Shown here piece after piece: positions 56,177-64,000 of a DNA stretch of 64,000 nucleotides. Source of the DNA: Eledone cirrhosa. Its lineage: Eukaryota. The position numbers and the translations under genes are program-made. The DNA is taken from NCBI GenBank assembly GCA_964016885.1, contig OZ024741.1, positions 89,032,001 to 89,096,000 on the forward strand, read 5' to 3'. A model generated the notes under the pieces. It was not told the origin of the DNA and made no database searches. It worked only from the letters and a program-made list of their open reading frames with translations. Position 1 is the stretch's first letter. Every line of letters begins with the position of its first letter.

Positions 56177-57609
56177 CTAGCAGTTTAGCCCGGCGTTGCT
56201 CGGGTCTGTTCATTTGCTATGAAAAGTTACATACAGGTAAACGTGGCTTGAAAGCGAATAAGCTAATCAATTAAGTGCATAAAGCAGTTGAACCGGTTAT
56301 TAAAAATTACGAACCAATTAGCATTTTGGACAATCAGTGATGGGTTAATAATAGCGAATTTAGCAGACCAAAGTTGCTAGATGGTGGCCCTGATGCCGCT
56401 GGGTGTCAGATCTGTCCGCCATGGGTGACCCTACAAGAAATAGTTTTCCAGACGGCATAGCTCCAACACCTCCAACACCTGCACCAACATCTATAGCACC
56501 TCTTTGTAGACGATATTGCGTGTCATCCCTTGAGGAATGTAAGCAAAAAGTCCATTCCTGCTCCCTACGCGGGAACAGGAAACATAAAGTTGGCCATGGG
56601 AGAAGCATGCCAAATGGATGCCCGCCACCGACAATGTTTGCCCTTGTGACTTGTTAATGGACATGGCAAAACATGGTCTCACCGGGAATTGGGATCGCCG
56701 GAAATCGAACGGATATCTGACGCCGAGGGGAAAAGGTTCATCCTTGGCAGAATTGCCAGAAATACAACATTATGGGTGTTGTCATATGAATATTTAACCA
56801 AGGAAAGTTGTAAAAAATAAATAATTTAAACATTCCGATTTATATGTCTATAGCATTAATCTGTTATATGAAGTGTTATTTTGCGGGTTGTTATTTGCAA
56901 TAAGCCGATTTAAAATACCCCAGAAAAGCCGTATGTCAATACGGAACTCCAATGACTCCACCAGCAGTTAAATTATAGAGAGGGGGAATAATCTATTATA
57001 GAGAGAGGGAAGAGCGATGGAGAGAGTAAAGCTAAGAAACTATAGGGATGTGTGTAAAACAGTGTTGTCATATAAAGAGTGAAGAGCGACAGAGAGAGTA
57101 AAGCAGTTAAATTATATAGAGGGGGAATAATCTATTATAGAGAGAAGGAAGAGCGACGGAGAGAGTAAAGCTAAGAAACTATAGGGAGGTGTGTTAAACC
57201 TCAAAGCATGAAGAGAGTAAAGCAGTTAAATTATAGAGAGGGGGAATGATCTATTATAGAGAGAGGGAAGAGCGACGGAGAGAGCGTTATGACTATGTTT
57301 GTTGTTGTATAAAATGATGTGTTGCTTAGTTTTCAAAGTTTATGTCGCGTTCCTGAACGAAGTTTTGTCGCTGTTGGGTAGTAGAGAGAGTGATTAAGCG
57401 TGTAATAGAGAGGGTTACAGTATGTATTTAGTTTTATCGATTTATTTTCGTAGAAGCAGGAAATGTTTGGCAAAGTTTATTACGCGTTGACCATCGTTGG
57501 TGAATTTGGAGCACATTGGGAAAAAAATCATCAAAATCGGTAGAGAAATGTGGAAATGCATAAAAATCATACACACAGAGAGACATCTTCCGTTTTATAT
57601 ATATAGAGA
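56177..57609 (-). mobile_element. Non-autonomous Helitron retaining a Pif1-like helicase C-terminus
   Basis: 5' TC(tctatatatataa) at 57609, 3' hairpin cccgagcaacgccggg plus CTAG at 56177, A|T target, no TSD. Peptide RSQFPVRPCFAMSINKSQGQTL...FSHGQLYVSCSRV...TRNIVYKEVL. Confidence 0.92.
56963..57285. repeat. Internal tandem repeats of the inner Helitron
   Basis: Three copies of agcagttaaattatagagagggggaataatctattatagagagagggaagagcga. Confidence 0.85.
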
Positions 57610-57999
57610 TTACGATTTTATTTGACGTATCATATCAACATGCATATATACTTGCGTATAATATCAATCTCCACACTACACATGCTAACAGAAAACCACT
57701 CGAGGGGTGGTTTTTCTGCTAGTTGTTATAAAAGTTGTAACTCCTTTTAGCCTATACCAACTGAATCATGTATAAATATATGTGTATATATATATTGTTA
57801 TACTTGGGGAGGATCATATTTGTGTAATATTGCCAGAATTAATAACAGAACACACTCACTGTTTGGTTGGTTTTCGCTTCTCGCTTCTGTGTCTTTTATA
57901 TCGGTAATCTAACTTACTCGGTCCTCAATGTTGCCATTGACTGAGCGACGGTCAAAAATAATACAGATACAATATAGACACAAACACATATATATAGTT

Positions 58000-58046
58000 T
58001 ATCATAAATCTTTCGTTGCACATCTGCAACATCGTCAGTGGTGCTA
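58000..58046 (-). ncRNA. Type I hammerhead ribozyme motif in the PLE 3' pseudo-LTR (partly decayed)
   Basis: Minus strand reads tagcacca CTGACGA t gttgca-gatg-tgcaac GAAA gatt ta tgata. Stem II is perfect; stem I is imperfect (tgcta in the 63.7 kb copy). Confidence 0.7.
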
Positions 58047-58248
58047 TCTTTTCCTCCTGTTGTATTGTATGTCTACGCCATTTTTATTCAGTCTGTCTAT
58101 ATATTTATTTATTTATTTGCTTGTTTGTTTATTTTATTTTGTCTTCTTTGCGCATGCGTTAGCGTGTGTGTATAGTGTTTTGTTTGCTGTGTGATGGGTG
58201 ACTAGTGTGTGTTTATGTGCTTGTTGTTATTGTGCTTGTGTATGTATG

Positions 58249-58279
<31 letters not shown>

Positions 58280-58293
58280 TTTTATTTACTTAT

Positions 58294-61200
58294 TTATACT
58301 TCTCTTAGGTCAGTGTTGTTTGTTTGGGTGTTGTTGTTATTCCATTCATTCTTTCTGTTTAGTCTTGGTCTTCTAAGTTCTATTTCACTGGCCTCTCTGA
58401 TTTGCCTATCTGCTGGGTCATTTCTATGTTTAGATATTATTCTAATTTCTATGTTGTCTATGTTACCGTCATGTTGTTGTCTAGCATGTTCGTATAGTAC
58501 TGACCCGTTTTTTAGTCCCTTTAGTTCCCCCCAGTGTTGGTCTATGCTTTCACCTATGTTACGAGCTGTCTCACCTATGTATGTTGTTGTCATGTTTCTG
58601 CAAGTACCCTCTGTACATCTTATGCTATAGACTACGTTTCTAGTTTTACAGTTTATCCGGGGGTTTACCTTACATATGATACATTTCCTATTGGTACAGT
58701 GGGTTTTCTTAAAAGGGTAGGTTTTGCTGATCAGGGATTTTATGGTGGTTCCTGGCTTTTCTACCACCTTAATTTTTAAGTGGGTCTTTCTCAGGGCCTT
58801 TCTACACTGGTTAGCTAATTTCCCTCCAGGGGTAGCGTCCACAAACATGACACTCTGGTATCTCTGGTTGTCGTACCATGAGGTGGCTTTCCCTATCTTA
58901 TGTCTAGCCCTATCTAAGCTATTCCATGATTTGCTCCTGTATAATGGGCAAATTCCTTTCATGTCCAGTTCTATGAGGGTCTTATACTTCTCCATGGCTC
59001 CTTCGTATACTCTGACTCTGTCTCTTTGGTTGTAGCCAGAGAACTGCATGCGGTTGATGAAGTGTTGGATGTGTCTTTCCATTTCTGTTGGGTCGCACAT
59101 GCGGGACACATTCTTCATCACTCGTACCAAATCTGCGATCAGAATATTAAACTTAGCACTACTGGACATTGCTGAGTTTTTGAGTATCAGGTATTTGGAG
59201 GCCATGGGTTTAGCATAGTGTGAGTGGAGAATTTGGGCTCTCTCGTCTATAGTGTTAATCCAGAGTTCTGTGACTAATACAGGTAGTCTATTGTTAGGGT
59301 GTTTGGAAGGAAAGTCGATAGTTACAGTTATACTCTGGTGTATAGAATTAGCTATCTGCTGGATGCTTTCCATCGTGCTACGTTCTAAATCAAACTTGTT
59401 AGTGCTCTCTAGTGGGTGTGTTCTTATAACTATATTGATATCGTCTACATAACGAGAGTACATGATGAGGTCTATGGAGCTTTCATTAAGGAGATCTTTA
59501 AGTCTCCTTTCCCACCATACCATGAAAAGGTTGGCAACATCACCAGCTATGCTGACGCCGATGGCTGCTCCTCATTTTGGGTGTAGATCTTCTCGTTGAA
59601 CTTAAATATGTGGCACTTTAGGGTAGTTTTGATACTAGCCCCTATTGCATGTGCGACCATGTTTCTTACCTGATCATTGTTTTGGGGGGTTCGTATAGCT
59701 TTGGTCCACCCAATCCACCTTCCCATGGGAGTCTTTTTTGCCATTGAGGTTATGGTGGGGGGTATACCTCTTATAGGTCTACTAGGGCAGAAACGTCTAA
59801 GGTCATGGCTGTCTAGGTAGTCAGTGTCGTAGGTAAGTCTAAGTAGGAGGCCCAGTTCGTCTGTGTCGACGTCGCAGAACTCCACCTCACTCTCAATGAT
59901 CATCTCCACACATCTTTTCACAGCAAAATCAATGTTAATGGATGGGTACAGTGACACCACATACATGCTGCCTATTATGCAGTCGGATAGGTTCCTGTTT
60001 TTGTTGCACTCACTGATTCTGCTGAGGAGGTCCTCTGTACTGTCACATACATCTGGGGACATCTTGATTATGGGGCGTATAACCATTGAGAGGAAGTAGG
60101 AGATCCTGTAGTTACTAGCTATATTAGCTCCGAATACGGGTCTTGTTGGTCGTCCTGTTGTCGGGTCGTCGACTGTCTTGTGATCTTTGCGGAGCCCATA
60201 CAAGGGTGGTATGCCATTGTTAGACGCCTGGAAGTTGTTGGCAGTGCGTCTGCTTGGCTTTAGGATGTCAGTCCACATCATCATGTGAGCGTTGAGGATT
60301 TTCTCTCTCCCATCGTGTGTTTGTTGTGCAATTTCGCTCGTGTTGGTGATGTGGGGTTGCATAGCCTTGATGTAGTTCGGCATGCTATCTATTGACATCC
60401 TACCAGACTTATCCGTGGTAGACATATTACCTCACCATCCCGTGTGTGCTGCTTGAGGCTAACCAAGCCTTCTACAGGTTTCCTCCCAAGTTGTTGGGCC
60501 TCTGGTCTGCTCTGTCTTTTAGTATACCTATCTACTATTTGTCTAATCTTATTTCTAGCTATGGTGAACTGTGCCTCTGTCTCGTCATCTATTTGTTGTG
60601 GTATGCAAACTCTTGTATTAAAGGGTAACCTCGTAGGATAGATATTACCCATCTTATATGTTTTGTCAGCTGGGTTGAAAAATAGTTTCTCTAAGGGGTT
60701 GTCATTATATCTATCGTCATAGTTGTGTGTGTTGCTATTATTGTTATCATGGTGGTTGTTGTTGTTTCTATCATTAGCATTATTATTATTGTTATGATTG
60801 CTAGATGTATTGTTGTTTACTTCACCGTTATTGTTGTTGTTACTGTTATTTCTACCATTGTGGTTGTTACTTTTATTATGTTTCTTGTTTTTGTTGTGTC
60901 TATCATTGATGTTGCTACATGTACTATTTCCATTATTACCACTGTGGTTATTGTTGTTGTTGTTCGTATTGTTACCGTTATTACTACTGTGGTCGCTGCT
61001 GCTGTGTCTGTGGTTAATGTTTCTATTATTATTACTATTGTGGTTGTTGTTGTTCTGTCTATCATTAGTATTATTACCATTATTACTATTTCTCACTTTC
61101 CTGCTATTGTTATTGTTATGGCTGTTATTTCTATACTCAGAGTTATTGTTTATATTACTACTACCGTTATTATTGTTGTTGTTGTTGTTGTTTACCTTTG

Positions 61201-61465
61201 CATTCCAGCGTATTTTTGTGAAACACTTTTCCAGCTCCGTTTTGCACTCCATAGGGTTAATCTTTTTGTAGATGGCAAATTTTGGTGGTAGCCGCAGGAT
61301 TTGTTGTTCTTGTTCACTGATTAAAGTGTTCCCATAAATATTTACTGTGTGGTCATTGGTAAATTCTTCCGGTAGTTTTACATCACTCATACGGATATTG
61401 TCGATGTTATCTGGGTATTTTTGAGAATATTCGATTTTCCTTTCTTGTAGTTTTTTCTTATTCAT
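58294..61465 (-). pseudogene. PLE reverse transcriptase / GIY-YIG endonuclease polyprotein, broken by two frameshifts (ORFs 60389-61465, 59547-60425, 58294-59523)
   Basis: RT motifs PPLYGLRKDHK, RPVFG, SMYVVSLYPSI (motif A, Asp replaced by Tyr), KIYTQ, YSRYVDD. Cys linker CTNRKCIIC. GIY-YIG motifs NVVYSIRC..C..TYIGETAR and RQIREASEI..RPRLN. Confidence 0.9.
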
Positions 61466-61487
61466 CCATTCTATATATATATATATG

Positions 61488-61553
<66 letters not shown>

Positions 61554-61561
61554 CATATATA

Positions 61562-61619
<58 letters not shown>

Positions 61620-62029
61620 CAGCCAGATTATTCTAGTCATATTATATGATATTCATTCATTATTCATCTCTGCCTTCTAGGTACCAGAATATATATACAT
61701 TCATATATATATATATATACTATGTGTGGGATGTGTGTGTGTGTGTGTGTAGGATGTGTGTGTGATGTCTACCTATATCATGCAAGATGGTTTGCTTCGT
61801 TGGTGTGATTCATTATGTAGTCTTTCACTGGTTAACGACCACTGCTCCACCCCCTTATTCCTGCTCCTCCATCTCCACGTTACCACCTCACCACCCTGCC
61901 ATCACCTGAACATTCATCCACTCTCCCGTCGCACACATACAGTTCACAATTTATACCAGGTACGTCCATACCTAAGTATTTCTGACAACGACTAACAGCA
62001 ACAACAATAACAAACACGAGAACAATGTC

Positions 62030-63055
62030 TAGAACCACCACCACCACCACCACCACCACCATCACGACTATCACGACTATCACAACCATCAACACTACAC
62101 TACCCCCACCACCATTACCATTACTACCACCACCACCACAACCATCATCATCACAGCCATCACTAACACAATTAACACAACCACCACCGCTGCCGCCACC
62201 ACCACCACCACCACCACCACCACCACTACCATCAACACTACTCCCCAAACCATCACCATTACTACCACCACCACCACAATCATCATCATAACAACCATCA
62301 CAATTAACACAACCACCACAACCACCACCGCGACTATCACAACCATCAACACTACCCCACAACCATTACTACCACCACCACCACAACCACCACCACCATA
62401 CAACCACCACAACCATCCTCATCACAGCCATCACTAACACAACAATTAACGCCACCACCACCACCACGACTATCACGACCATCAACACTGACGCGCCCCC
62501 ACCCGCTACCACCGCCACCACCACAACTATCATCATCACAGCCACCACTAACATAACAATTAACACCACCACAACGATCATCACCCCCCCCCCCCCCAAC
62601 CACCACCACCACCACCATACAACCACCACTACCATCATCATCACAGCCACCACTAGCACAACAATTAGCACCACTACCACCCCAATATAACCACCACCAC
62701 TCCCACAACCACCAGCCTCTATTCACTCGTTGTCTAACCTCTTTCCAAACTCACCAGCCGCCGCCACCACGCCATTCGCACTCAGCCCTCCTATTGCTGT
62801 TTTATTTCATTCAAATCAACACCAATACCACCAACACAAACACCAATACCACCACTACTACCATTACTAGAGCTATTACCACCAATACTACCACCGTAAA
62901 TACAACTATCACCATTACTACTACCACGATTACAACCACCAGCATCACAATCAGCCCTACAACTACTGTCTCCAACTCCATACACCCCACCACCCCCATC
63001 GCCCCCAACCTCCATACCACCACCACCATCAACCTCCATACCACCACCACTAACG
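62030..63055. repeat. CAC/CAA-rich degenerate minisatellite
   Basis: Recurring catcatcacagccatcactaacacaattaacac blocks in a CCA background. Confidence 0.85.
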
Positions 63056-63200
63056 CAATGAAGTGAAGACTATATAGCAGCTGCTCTCATCTCTTAAGCA
63101 GAGAAAATATATATGTAATGACACTGCATTGGTCACCTGCTTTTACTGAAACTATGTATGTATGTATGTACGTATGTATGTATGTATGTATGTATGTATG

Positions 63201-63231
<31 letters not shown>

Positions 63232-63276
63232 GTAAGTATGTATAGATGGATGAATGGATGGGTGTGTTGCTGCGTT

Positions 63277-63309
<33 letters not shown>

Positions 63310-63480
63310 GCAAAAGTAAACGGAAACAATAATGCAAACAGCACAGTACTACGAAGAAATATATTAGTGTAATGCTTGATATAGAAGGAAAAGAGTGTTT
63401 ACGTTTCGGACACTAGTTCTTTATCAGAAGATAGAAATGCTGAAATAGATATAGTGAGAAGAGGAAGAACGAAAAATAAA
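63310..63480 (-). mobile_element. Family A repeat with a decayed hammerhead
   Basis: Minus strand: tatctt CTGATAA agaac-tagt-gtcc GAAACGTA. Abuts (TA)n. Confidence 0.68.
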
Positions 63481-63519
63481 AATTTGAGACAAGGCACGTG
63501 TGTATTCAGTCAGCCATTT

Positions 63520-63550
<31 letters not shown>

Positions 63551-63558
<8 letters not shown>

Positions 63559-63988
63559 ATACTTGGGGAGGGTCATATTGTTGTAATAATATTGCCAGAA
63601 TTAATAAAAAAACACACTCACTGTTTGGTTGGTTTTCGCTTCTGTATCTTTTATATCAGTTAATTCATTCGGTCCTCAATGTTTACCATTGACTGACCAA
63701 GGGTAAAAAATACAGATATAATATAGACATAATAGGAACATAATAGCACCACTGACAATGTTGCAAATGTGCAACGAAAGAACTTTGCTAGACTATATAT
63801 ATGTGTTTGTGTCTATATTATATCTGTATTTTTGACCGTTGGTCAGTCAATGGTAAACATTGAGGACCGAATGAATTAACTGATATAAAAGATACAGAAG
63901 CGAAAACCAACCAAACAGTGAGTGTGTTTTGTTATTAATTCTGGTAATATTATTACACAAATATGACCCTCGCCAAGTATAACAATAT
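63551..63988. mobile_element. Palindromic solo pseudo-LTR of the same PLE family (arms 63551-63729 / 63810-63988), hammerhead motif at 63744-63790 (+)
   Basis: Arms are near-perfect reverse complements and align to 57790-57985. The + strand reads tagcacca CTGACAA t gttgca-aatg-tgcaac GAAA gaac tt tgcta. The left end follows (TA)n. Confidence 0.85.
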
Positions 63989-64000
63989 TTGTTTCGACAC

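Larger units (their letters stand above)
55631..57722 (+). mobile_element. Outer non-autonomous Helitron containing a ~180-bp tandem duplication
   Basis: Starts a|TCtaaactataataaag and ends with hairpin aaaaccactcgaggggtggtttt + ctgCTAG|t. Confidence 0.72.
57790..61470 (-). mobile_element. Penelope-like retroelement (GIY-YIG endonuclease type, Neptune-like Cys linker), 5'-truncated, with 3' pseudo-LTR; flanked by (TA)n
   Basis: Three successive minus-strand ORFs give PLE RT motifs and a C-terminal GIY-YIG domain. The 3' non-coding region 57790-58290 contains a hammerhead motif and has a second copy at 63551-63988. Both ends abut TA repeats. Confidence 0.92.

Noticed and set aside
57790-63988. 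Single 6-kb PLE with 5' and 3' pseudo-LTRs
   Set aside because: The ORF is cut by (TA)n at 61470, the intervening 2 kb is unrelated repeat, and the two pLTR copies are visibly diverged. Two separate insertions are more parsimonious.

Overview
Eukaryotic, AT-rich, microsatellite-dense non-coding DNA. The SINE types and the (TA)n/(TATG)n/(CA)n load suggest an octopus or other cephalopod intron or intergenic region (inference). No host protein-coding exon is supportable, and nearly all ORF-track hits are translated simple repeats. Recognisable coding remnants are all from transposable elements: a 5'-truncated, frameshifted Penelope-like element (PLE; RT + GIY-YIG, 57790-61470, minus), a CRE-type RLE retrotransposon 3' end, four RTE and one CR1-like LINE fragment, and a Helitron nested in another Helitron. 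There are also many tRNA-derived SINEs and several MITEs. The most striking signal is a population of short (about 120-440 bp) palindromic inserts, mostly in (TA)n tracts. They belong to at least six sequence families, and most carry type I hammerhead ribozyme motifs or parts of them (CUGANGA...GAAA...NUH, usually with a palindromic stem III). One family is the terminal repeat of the PLE in this window. Two otherwise unrelated families share a conserved ~55-nt structured insertion in hammerhead stem II. Another family is a snap-back palindrome centred on stem II that keeps only half of the ribozyme. All structures were folded by eye and none has been tested for cleavage.
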